From Vicugna vicugna (Eukaryota), in NCBI GenBank assembly GCA_013265495.1, contig MU058844.1, positions 2,707,520 to 2,771,519 of the forward strand: 64,000 nucleotides of DNA, written 5' to 3'. Of this stretch, positions 40,913-51,635 are shown one piece after another (within the stretch, counting starts at the first letter, position 1; each line of letters starts with the position of its first letter). A program made the position numbers and the translations under genes. Under the pieces are notes generated by a model that worked only from the letters and a program-made list of their open reading frames with translations, was not told where the DNA came from and made no database searches.

Positions 40913-43152
40913 AGAGAGGGGATCCTTAATGGTCATTCTCTTTCAAGTTGCCAGGAAGAAGGAAAGAAGAGCCCAGGGAAGCTGAGAGTAATTACCATGA
41001 AAGAACAATACACTTGGAATTTAGAGAAAAAGAGTTAGAAGATACACAGAGAAGACCAGGAAGCCTCATCTGAAAAGAATCAGCAATCCCATTGGGCAAC
41101 TGGGAATCTACTGAGGTTGGATTCTGAAGAGTTTGAGCTAGACTGGACGTGGCAGGTCTCACTTTCAGACAAAGTGAGGGATATTCTTAGACTGACTTAG
41201 CTCCCATTGCATTGTAATGTAGACCAGAAAACCTATTATTTGTATTACTTTTAAGAGCTTCTCTAGCTTTTAATCATCCATATTATCTGGAATTTTAAAA
41301 ATATCCTCTATTTCCCTGTATGTTTGCAGTCAAATCTTTAACGACCCCAAATGAGCCTCTGTGTTTCAGAAACTACAGCTGGGGAGGTGCTGAAAACCCA
41401 GGCTGAGTGGCAGTCAATGGCAACCAGGAATGAGAGTAAACAATCGAGATGCTTTTGTCTCACAGAAGCAAAGAGAAGATAATGGGGTCCGTCTAAGATG
41501 TAGCTAGAGCCTGACAGGAGGCTTTGGTCTGCCTTACAATGACATATTCAATATAGGTGGCAAAGGCAATTGCTACTGAGATTTCTATTTCTTTATATAA
41601 AACCATCCACAGCTTCTCCAAGCTATAGCAAGATTATAAAGTAGAGAGAGTCAGGAGCTGGGTCTGTTCTCATCATAAACATTAGTGTCCATCACAGGCA
41701 TTCTAAGCATATTTTCTGTTCCAGCATCCAAGCCACTGATTAAAATGTTAACTGGCCCAAGAAGTAACCTCTATGGAATGCCATTTGTTATGTCTCCCCA
41801 GGCTGACACTGAACCATTGATAATATTTATCAAAATGCGACACTTCAACCAGCTGTCACTTCTCAAAGCACATGCAGGCACAGTTGTTGGTCAGGAATTA
41901 AGGCTGTAACAGCAGGGACAGTAAGGATTAGGTTTGACAGTTCACTAAGACATATGCATAGTTTAGTTTTGTCCAAGTCAGGATGCCTTTCTATTTTAGA
42001 AAAAGGATGATTTCAGTTAATAAAACTTAATTTGAAAAGAGCTAAAGGTAAAGGAATGTGGAAGGCATTTTGAATGGCAAGCCAGAAAAGCATTCAGGAT
42101 TGTTGATCACTGCTTTTCAATCACAAAGCATAAAACAGAAATAAAGATTTCAGTAATTAACAGAGAATTAGATGGTAAAAAAAAAAATTATGTTTGTAAA
42201 TTAAAAAATCAGGTCATTTTCTTGCCAGGGGTCAAGAGAATATATGACAGACACAAGAGCTTCACTATAAAACTATATTCCTAAAAAAGGGAATATTAAG
42301 GAAGAAGGCAGATATGCCTTCTAACAAGCACAGTGAAATCATGCTTAAAATGACTGTTTTCTACAATAGATTGTTGTACAATAGATTGATTTTCTCCAAT
42401 AGAATGTTTTGTTTTTCCAGCTTCCTAGAAATATGGTCTTATGACTGAAACAGATGTGCTGTTTAGCTCTTTCTCCTTGACCTTTTCACAAGTCTCCTAA
42501 TTCTGATCAGGTAGTGAACAGCTGTTAAAATAAATCTGCCCTTGAGCTTTGGGGTGAAAGATTAGGCCTCAGACACTGCAGCTTCTGACTTTATTCCTGG
42601 CATCATGGTTTAGGTCAGAGATTATAAACTCAGTAATCCAGAAACTATGACAAACACTCTGATAAATGTTGAGAAAAGCCAATCTAACTCCCCTCTTCCA
42701 CAAGAGGCGGGAGAGACAGGAGGTGGGCGCTGAGGTTCACTGAGCACATTAACAGCGAGCACATTAAGTCTTCAGATTATCTGGATCCAGCAGATTTCGT
42801 TTTTGGGGATTGATATGCACCTTTTCAGCCCGGAATGAGACTTGCACACAATGCCCATCGTTTTATTATGTTCCGGGCAATCTGCACAACCCTGATACAA
42901 CAAAGAAAGAAATCCAAGCTGAAGAGAGACATAAGCTCCTGGTGTTGGGGGCAAAAGCTGTTTGAGTCAAGGAGCCTGCTGCGATTCCAGCACTTGTGCT
43001 GCAGGTTAGAGCCCCAGGCTCCATCGTCACCAGGGCACTTCCACCCTGAAGAGCATTCCAATGAAAAACTGACCAAAACAAGCAGATCAGGACAGCTACT
43101 CTCTTAACCCAATCTGGTAAACCATCTTCTTTAAAGGCTGATGTGTCTTTAG

Positions 43153-43740
43153 ACCAGGGGTGTGTCTACCCATGAAGCATGCTTGGTAATCCCCCGTAGA
43201 GTATAAAAAGATAATGGAACTTATTCTTTTTAATCTCAATATTTTAAATTAATATTTTATGTGCATTTAAAAATGTACAAAATATATTAGAACACAGGAT
43301 TGAGTATAAAATAATAAGGAAATATACTATATGGATATATATGCCTGTTAGAGCTGCTATACCAAAATATCCTAAGCTGGGTGGCTTATAAACACCAAAC
43401 ATGCATCACTCACAGTTATGGAGGCTGCGAAGTCCAAGATCAAGGCATTCACATACCCAGTGTCTGCTGAGGGCCAGCTTCTTAGTCAGCCATTTTTTTG
43501 GTACAAGCTCACATAGTGGAAGGGGTCTCTTTTATAAAAACAGTAATTCCACCCTTGAGGGATCTACTCCCATGACCTAATCACATTCCCAAAACTCCAC
43601 CTCCTAATACCATCACCTTGAGGGTTTAGGATTTCAACAGATGAATGTTGGGGAGACACAAACATTCAGACCATAACACATATTTAATTTTTTTTATTGT
43701 TAGGGCATATACCATCAAAAAAAATGTTAGAGACCACTGT
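43153..43740. mobile_element. hAT-Charlie-type MER element interrupted by an MLT1A LTR
   Basis: Termini 'caggggtg...' and '...gagaccactg' flanked by NTCTAGAN-like sites (ctttagac / ttctagat). Confidence 0.5.
43336..43678 (-). mobile_element. MLT1A0-like solo LTR
   Basis: 'gctgggtggcttataaaca...tcacagttatggaggctgcgaagtccaagatcaagg...gacacaaacattcagaccataaca'. Confidence 0.9.
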
Positions 43741-44264
43741 TCTAGATTATTTCCCTCCCTCAGCCAAATGTTCATAAGAAACAAGGTGCATTAGGAAGGC
43801 ATTGCTATCATAGTAACTCTCTAAAAGTCACTCAGAACATTTCTGACTTGGCGTAGTGATTAGACTAATGTCACTATAGAGGAGAGGAAAGGAAAAAAGA
43901 AGGGAGGGAACACATGGGAAATAAAAATCTCTATCCTCTGGTAACACCTTTCTTTAATAATAAACCTTTAAACAGAAGACCCAGGCTGTTCACCTTTCTT
44001 ATCTCCACATCCATGACATACTCTACCCACTTTGGTGTGAATCATGTAACTCTCTAGTGAATGATGTTAAATCCAAGGAACAAGATTCAGATCAAAGGTA
44101 ACATCTTAGGGAAGGTGTGTTTAGTGAGTGGAGGATACCAGGTACAGAGGCTCAGGAAAATGTAACTGCAGAGTGTGGTTAACAGGTAGTTTGTTTGCAA
44201 GCTGTCAGAACAGTGAGCAGAGAACACTGACTTCACAATCAAAAGCCAAGAGATCAAGTTCAAG

Positions 44265-44480
44265 ATCACAGGTTGTAAACAGGTGGCCCCTGGCCAAGTC
44301 CAGTCTGCAGACATGATTTGTTTGGCCAAAAGTCATGTATAAAATTTTGAATTTGTTGTAAACATTTAAAACTTGGGAGATTCCACACTACAAAAATAAT
44401 GTCCACATTTCTGGCTTCTCTTGATAAATGAAAGATCTGACAACACATGGGCTCACATACCTGAATAGCCACCAGGGGCT
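44265..44480. mobile_element. MER102-like hAT element fragment
   Basis: 'tccacatttctggcttctcttgataaatgaaagatctgacaacac'. Confidence 0.65.
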
Positions 44481-44659
44481 AGAGATGAAGTGTGTTGCTT
44501 GTGGATAGAGGGAGCCTCTTACTCTCATTTCATCCTCTGTGCTTGTTTCCATTGCTCTGGATTGAGAGAGAGCAAACCACACAGAATGCTGAAGAAGTCA
44601 GGAAGGCAACCAAGAAACCCTGAATGATCAGCCCCTAGTCACACCTCCTCCCCCTACTC

Positions 44660-46000
44660 CATTGCCTACCATGTGCCAGATGCTGCTCTAGGAATCAGGG
44701 ATAGGAAGAATCAAAGGCAAACAGAAAAGACCAGGTGCCTCCTCCCACTGAACTTACATTCTAGTTGAGAACATTGGAGAACAAATCATTAAATATCAGT
44801 TTTCAGTGATAATAATATCTAAAATATTTTGAATGCTTTATGGACCAGTCACTGTTTTGTCTCTTATGTGGCTTGTGTTCTTTGTACGCATATTCCCACA
44901 GAAACTCCACGAAAAGGAAATCGCATCCCAGTTTTCAAATAGAAAACTGAATCATGGAGATAAGCAACTTGTATGAAGTCTCACAACCAGTAAGTGGGAA
45001 GTAAGAACGGGCTGCAGCAGTCTGGCTTCAAAGGAGCGGCATTTGTCCCCGTCCCACACCATTATGTGCTAAGCAGAGTGTTAAAATAGGCTGATGTGAC
45101 AGAGAGAGACTGGGCAGCTACTTTAGATTTGGAAGTTAAGAAAAGCCTTTTCAGGAAGTGACATTTAAACAGATATGAAGGATACAACTATGTGAAAACC
45201 TCAGAAGTAGGCTAAGGGAAATCTAATGTGAAGAACTGTTAGGTAAGTGGGGACACTGGGTAGATAAGGTAGAGAAGAGGGAGGATGGTCTAGAAGATGG
45301 TATTATGCCCGCCTCCAGCATAAAGGGGCTTTACTTCTTCTAAATGAATGCCAGCAAGAAACCAGTTAGAACCAGTCAGCAGCAACTGCTTGGCAGCGGA
45401 AAAGTCACTGAACATGACTCAGTGCTAATTGTAATATAATCAACATTGCAGTTTAGGCCCCCCTCATGGGTTTTACTGTGTACACCATGGGTAAGGACGT
45501 GCACAAAGAGGACAAACATGACTAAGCACTTCAGGGACAAGAGCCATCAATCAATCAAGATACCACCTCTAAGTGAGGTGATAAAGAGAAAGGGCAGACA
45601 AAGACCCTTGGATCAGCCCACTTCCCGTTTTTGGAGCTGTACTTTTCCTTTCCTAAATAAATCCTTTAAAATCTTTCACTACACATGCTCTTCCTCTCCC
45701 ATCTGTATTTTTATCTTTCAGGTAAGACAAGAATTTAGGTCTTTTCCCTTGCCCTTTTGGAGTAACAGAACTAAATTTGGAAAGAACTTGGCTTAATAAA
45801 AACCTGAAATAAGTTGATCAGCATGGCTGTAGCTTGATGGGAGAATGAAAATGAGAGGGAGAAAACTTCAGAGGTGCGGTTGAAGAGGAAAGTACAGGCC
45901 GTTCTCCAGAGCAGGGAGTTTAGATTTTATTACAGTTGGGAGCCATTGGAGGGTTATGGATTGAGAGGTGGTGGAATCTGGTTTGCATTTCAAAAACACG
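44660..46000 (-). mobile_element. L2 fragments (with a MIR at ~44810-45050) interrupted by the solo LTR at 45237
   Basis: 'cctaccatgtgccagatgctgctctagg', 'gccttttcaggaagtgacatttaaac', 'ggagtttagattttatt...gagccattggagggtt...atctggtttgcattt'. Confidence 0.7.
45237..45767 (+). mobile_element. ERV1-type solo LTR ('LTR-A', 531 bp)
   Basis: TGTTA...TAACA termini, 4-bp TSD GAAC (45233-36, 45768-71), TATA-like GATAAA ~45580, AATAAA 45656-61. Confidence 0.9.
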
Positions 46001-46932
46001 GCAATGCCAAGTCCACATTTACTTGGGATCTTTATAAACTGACCTTAATGTATGTTTCTGGATACTTTTCCCATTCTTTCTCCTTCATACATTCTGTGCT
46101 CTAACTCCAATATTCAAGTAGCTCATGTTGTGCAGGAAAACCACTTTACAGAAACAAAGCCCTGATTTGTAGCATCTGCTGATTTCTGTGGTGTAAATAC
46201 TTTCACTATAGCTGATTTTATGCTATCAATAGTTTAACAACCAGCCTGCAAAATTCCTAAATATTTAACAATCAGATCTTTTAAAAGCTGGTTCTGAGAC
46301 AGGAAGGGGGCGGGGCACAGTCACTCAAGGAATGCTACAGCAATTAACATCAAAATGGTGAAAGATTCAACTCCCAGTAGGCCTTGAGGCTCAAGATGAT
46401 GGGAGATTTAACTTCTAGTAGAACTTGAGCTTCATTATATGCTTATTGTAATATATTAGCATGGTGAATAACATGCCTACAGGCTCCATGGCAGTCCCAA
46501 GGCTAGAACAAAAAGTCGGGAAATGGCCAGCTTCCTGGGAATCCCAGCCCCTTCCCCAGGCTAGTTAGACTGGTCCTTCCACTTATTTGCATATGAAGCT
46601 ACCAAAGCCCGTAAGAATGGGCAACACTGCCCCTCACGGCCTCTCTCTCTCCCTCTCCCTCCGTTCACAGAGGTACTTGAATATTGGAGTTGGAGCCCAG
46701 AATGTATGAAGGAGAAAGAATGGGAAAAGTAGCCAGAAATACATTAAGGTCAGTTTATAAAGATCCCAAGTAAATGTGGACTTGGCATTGCCGTGTTTTT
46801 GAAATGCAAACCAGATTCCACCACCTCTCAATCCATAACCCTCCAATGGCTCCCAACTGGAATAAAATCTAAACTCCCTGCCCTGGAGAACGGCCTGTAC
46901 TTTCCTCTTCAACCGCACCTCTCCAGTTTTCT
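45860..46932. repeat. Long inverted repeat: arms 45860-46124 and 46670-46932, ~545-bp spacer
   Basis: Manual alignment gives ~8 substitutions and one 2-bp indel over ~265 bp; ORFs 45874(+) and 46634(-) share the peptide RLKRKVQAVLQ...LYKLTLMY. Confidence 0.97.
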
Positions 46933-47195
46933 GTCTGTGGAGTGTGTACTGACTTTTAATCTGAGCACCCAACCCCCACACCTTGTGGCCTTTCTCTTGC
47001 CTTTCTATGTATCTCTCTGAATAAATCTATCTTTACTCACCATGTGACTCGTTCTTGAATTCTTTCATGCGCGAAGCCAAGGACCCACACTTGGTGGGGC
47101 ACGTCCCAGGGGCTCAACCGAAGCCTGGGACAGGGTCCTCCTCACGCCCCACATCCGTTTTTCCTGCATCAGTTCCAACTGGTTTCAACATTCCT
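46130..47195. mobile_element. MER63-like (hAT-Blackjack) element whose end is split by LTR-B
   Basis: 'gatttgtagcatctgctgatttctgtggtgtaaatact...ctgcaaaattcctaaatatttaacaatcag' and terminal 'aaagctggttc|caactggtttcaacat' rejoined across the LTR. Confidence 0.7.
46295..47171 (+). mobile_element. ERV1-type solo LTR ('LTR-B', 877 bp including a ~263-bp captured inverted host segment)
   Basis: TGAGACAGGA...TCCTGCATCA termini (8/10 inverted match), 4-bp TSD GTTC (46291-94, 47172-75), AATAAA 47020-25, CpGs retained. Confidence 0.9.
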
Positions 47196-47299
47196 ACATC
47201 CCAAGTATCTTCACCTCCTGAAACTCATCAGCCCCTTACACGGCATGCCTTTCTACATTGTTTTCCCTGCCCATACAATTTAACTAGCATAGAGATGTA

Positions 47300-47515
47300 G
47301 CTATGAGTAAAACCTTTGGTTTCTGTTGGACTTAGGTTCAAATCTCAGCTTTGTAAGTCAGCTACATGGTCTTAGGAAAAGTTCTTAGTTCCTCTATACC
47401 TGTGTTAGCCCATTTACAACATGGAAATCATAATAGCCCTACCTCAGGGTGTGTTACAAGAATCAAGTAAAATAACGTAATAAAAAGCATTTAGCAGAGT
47501 ACCTGGAATATTGTA
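47300..47515 (+). mobile_element. MIR SINE
   Basis: 'gacttaggttcaaatctcagct...aatagccctacctcagggtgtgt...aaagcatttagcagagtacctgg'. Confidence 0.8.
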
Positions 47516-49093
47516 TTATTTACTTTGTAAGCAATTTTACTTTATTCACCAACTATTTGTGAGTTGGTGAATATATACAAACAAATAGTGGCTTAAAGTA
47601 TTAGCATCTATTTTGTAACAGAGTTTCTTGATGACAGGAAAGGCTTCAAGACTCTGGTTGCAGAAGTTTCTTTCCATTGTATTTTATCTTGATACTGATG
47701 ACTTTGTAAATTTTCCTAGAAAGGCAGCCATTTGAGATAGGAAATTTAGTCTTAGCCTCCATCTGTCAGTTTTTATTCACTAGAATCCTGTGGATACCTC
47801 ACTAGTTGTATCAACACCAAAAACAGCTTCAATTATTAAGTAATTCGATTATTTAAATAATTATTTAAAATGTAGGTTCTAGTGACAGCTCAATTCTACC
47901 TTTGTGACCTTGTTTAAGTCCCAAACTCTGAGATTTAACACAGTAGAATGAATTCAATCTATACTTGCTCTAAAATTAAATGATTCTACCTATTTAAATA
48001 TTTATAAACTCCAAAAGCACCTCCAAAGCCAACAAAAAATACTTTCCACACTACTCTCGTGATATTAATGTAAATAAACTTAGGCCTCTATAGCAAATCA
48101 AAGCATAGTATTAAGGCAATAATTCAGAAACAAAATAAATAAAACAAAATAAGAACTTGTGGTTCTAAAGGTATCAGAACACACTTAATTTATACTGCTA
48201 TTCAGAAATTACTAGAACTGTAGTGCGTTCTCTATTTATATGGAGGAAGTTATTAAAGTTGCATTTTCCTTTAAATTCAGGTTTTTCAGAGATACATAAA
48301 AAATCTCCTTAAAGGAATGTTGTAGGCCCATATCAAGTCAAAAATGTATAAAAGCAACCCAGGTGCACTCACAACTTTTCTCACCAAATTTTTAAAAATA
48401 TTTAAAAATCACTAAAGATAAAGAAATGAAGCAGATTAGATGACTCTATTCTATTGTTCCTTTAAATGTTTGATGCCCTAGTCAATATACTTATAAGTCT
48501 AAACCTTAAAAGAGTGCCTGCCCTAAAGTGTATGTGTATGTGTGTGTGTATGTGTGTGTATAATGTACCCCAATTTTCTTTTTTAGCTCAAAGATTGACA
48601 TCACTATGTTCTAAATTATCTTGATATACTGCCAACCCATTTTAGGCAACTATTTGTTAGTTCCCAAATGCTAATATGCACACGATAATGCACCCTGAGC
48701 AGTGTAACCAATGAGACCACTGCTATCCGAACTGCTAAAGTGGTTGTGTATCACTCATCAGCAGTGCAAGGTCTGAGTCCAAAAGAGATTGTGGCTTACT
48801 ATTAAGCATTTTATATCAGCTAGAGTGTAATCACCATGAATAATATCAAAGGAATTTATCCCAAATACATATTCAGGTGGTAATCAATAACAAGCCACCA
48901 ACATCGCTTGTTATCTCAAACCCCTAACTCAGAAATAAATTACCAAAAGATCTTTTCAAGTATGGCTTACAGCTCTGATGATGGCAAATTTGCATTATGG
49001 AACATGTGCAATTTATATCATCAATAACATTTTACTTGATTGGACTTTGCATATCTATGATCAATTCAGGAATAAGAATTATCAAAATTGAAA

Positions 49094-49522
49094 GGGTGAA
49101 AGAAGCCAATCTGAAAAGGCTACATGGTGGATGATGCCAATTATGTGACATCCTGGAAAAGGTAAAACTATGGTGACCATAAACATATTGGTGGTTGCCA
49201 GGGGTTAGGGGGGATGAATAGACAAAGCACAGAGAATTTTTACAGCAAAAATTACTCTTTATGATATTATAATGATGGATACATGTCATTACACATTTGT
49301 CCAAACCCACAGAGTATATAAACTGTAAACAATGGAATTTGAGTGATGATGTATCCTTGTAGGTTTATCAATTGTAACAAATGAACTACTCTGGTAGGAC
49401 ATGTTGATAATGGGGGATGTTTTGTATGTATGGGAACAGGAGATATTTGGGAATCTCTATACTTTCCTCTCAGTTTTGCTGTGAATATAAAACTGCTCCA
49501 AAAGGTAATTTTTTTAAAAATA
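49094..49522 (+). mobile_element. L1MC-like 3' end
   Basis: 'gaaagaagccaatctgaaaaggctaca...ctcagttttgctgtgaatataaaactgctc'; possible 10-bp TSD AAAATTGAAA at 49084-93 and 49523-32. Confidence 0.85.
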
Positions 49523-50260
49523 AAAATTGAAATAAAACATTAAGAATTTAACATCTTGCATGTTGAAAAATGCTCCCATAAAACAGGGACAAATAATAAA
49601 TCTCTCACCCATATTCTTTTACTTGTATTATTCCCTCAATCCTGTAAATTTGTATAAAACACAGGTTATCTTTTATGTTCTCAGGAACTTCCTACATTTC
49701 CCAGGACAGCATCTTCACAATCTCAACTGACTCTGATAAGATAATTTTAAAGAGTTGGCCTATGAATTAACACTTGGCCTATGTGCAACACTTAGGATGT
49801 CACGAAGTCCTTTACAGAAATCCAAATACACAAATGCATCTATAACATACACCCAGTTGGATTCCAGGAAAGGGAGAACTTAATTTTTTTTAACACAATG
49901 ATGCCTTGATGCTCTAAAAATCAACCAAGGTAGTTACATGATTCATGTTGCTGGACAAAACTCTGCTAAATATAGCTGGTTATTTTTCTATCCAGAAAAG
50001 TTCACCAGAGGCCAAGAAAAGCTGCCCTCATATACCCAGGCACTTTTCCAACAAGAGGGTGAGAAAAACCCATCCATCCTATAGAAATGCTCAGCTTGGC
50101 CCTGGAGTGGCACTGAACCCTAACGGATTTCACACTGAGACTGTAATATCTACCACAGGCCTTTGAAGAAGCCCCAGCTGTGCCTGTTGCCATGGGTGTT
50201 CCAGAAAACCTGCATTACTGAGGGCTTCCGGTGGTTTGACAGTCTCCCCTCAGGCTTTAC

Positions 50261-50947
50261 CAGAGAGGTGGCCACAGTGTGACTCAGCTGTAAACCACGG
50301 CCAGGCCTTCCTCATCCAAAGAGGAGAACTGAGGGGAAAGGACTGAATGTTTGCTAACACAACTGCCATCTGCCACCGTTAAGTCGGATGGTGACAGCGT
50401 GCACGTTAATGCCAGATAGACAGAGAACACTCGCCATCTGTTCACTGCCCTGAAATAAAATTAACTAGGTCATCTGGATTTGGAAGCCTATCTGGAATTG
50501 TTGACATCTATTCCCAACCATGGGGATGGAAATTTTACCCCATCTTACATCATTCAAATTACCCAGAGAAATATTTTTATGCTAATCCTTCCAGTGGAGA
50601 AAGTACAGTTAATAGATGATACATTAATAACAATTTATATGTTAATGATGAATAGAGGATTTTTGTGGCCCCTACATTATATTTGTAAGCAAAGTATTAC
50701 AAATTGCTATCCAACCGAAACCTTCTAAAGGGAAAAATGTCTAATAAATTTCATTTAAAGAAGAAAGTGCAAAGTCTATGTAGACTTCAGTCATTTTTGA
50801 CTAGTTCATGAGAAGCAAATTTCTTGATTTCTAGGCACTCAAGCTAAAAAGGGGAAATAAAGAGCTTAAAATATTTTATTCCTGCTAACTACTTAAAAGA
50901 TATTTGCATAATGGTAACTAAAGGTCTATGACTGAAAGAGTGGTAAA

Positions 50948-50991
<44 letters not shown>

Positions 50992-51635
50992 TCTGTTTTC
51001 TTCCAAGAGAGGAACAAGAAAAAGCTTTAATTCAATTTCTGTAACAGGAAAACCTGCTCCTGGTCTCTGTATCTAGAATCACTCACCTTCCAATCAACTC
51101 TAATTCTGTTTTCATCTCTCTGGGACTAGTATTGGTCTTGGCCAGTACTGGTCTAGTAGTGAATTTCAGCTGACATATGACACAGGAGAGAATCAAAGAT
51201 AAAAGAATAAGTGATTGCTTTCAGTTCCTTATATCAGCCCTGGTCTGAAACATGGTTCTCTTAAAGAAAACTCTAAAAGATTCTACTTCCAAGAGTCAAT
51301 TTAAATTAACTTAGGGGAAAAGTTACTGCTTTTAAGAGTTTATGGACATCAATAATAGGAAATAACACAGTTCATTTAGACAACCTGTAACGTGCTGACT
51401 TGAAATAAATCCAGTGAAGCTATCCTTAGGTCCCAAGAGATTTAGTTTTAAAATGACTATTACCAAGAAGGAGAGGAGTGAAAGTTACCTCAGTTCTTAG
51501 TCACCCCCCCCAAAATGAATTTTTAACAAGACACAAAGTGTGACATAAACAAGATTTTAATAGTAAAGTAAAAGGAAGTAAACATTGTACACCCCCGAGA
51601 ACTCGGGCTGGGCCAACCCAAGAGAGGAAAAAATG
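50261..51635 (-). ncRNA. Candidate LTR-initiated spliced transcript: exon 1 ~51635-51489, exon 2 51169-51087, exon 3 from 50449 (3' end unknown)
   Basis: Donor GAG|GTAACT in LTR-C; pyrimidine tract plus CAG acceptor and AAG|GTGAGT donor around exon 2; TTTTATTTCAG|G acceptor for exon 3; no expression data. Confidence 0.4.
50951..50990. repeat. (CA)20 microsatellite
   Basis: Perfect dinucleotide run. Confidence 0.98.

Noticed and set aside
44468..44485. CTCF site (CCACCAGGGGCT; similar partial matches at ~42698 and ~50260)
   Set aside because: Each deviates from the core consensus spacing; not supportable without a PWM scan or ChIP data.
45874..46981. Duplicated small gene encoding RLKRKVQAVLQ...
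   Set aside because: The shared peptide only reflects the inverted duplication of L2-derived DNA; the starts are non-ATG and the frames diverge after a 2-bp indel.
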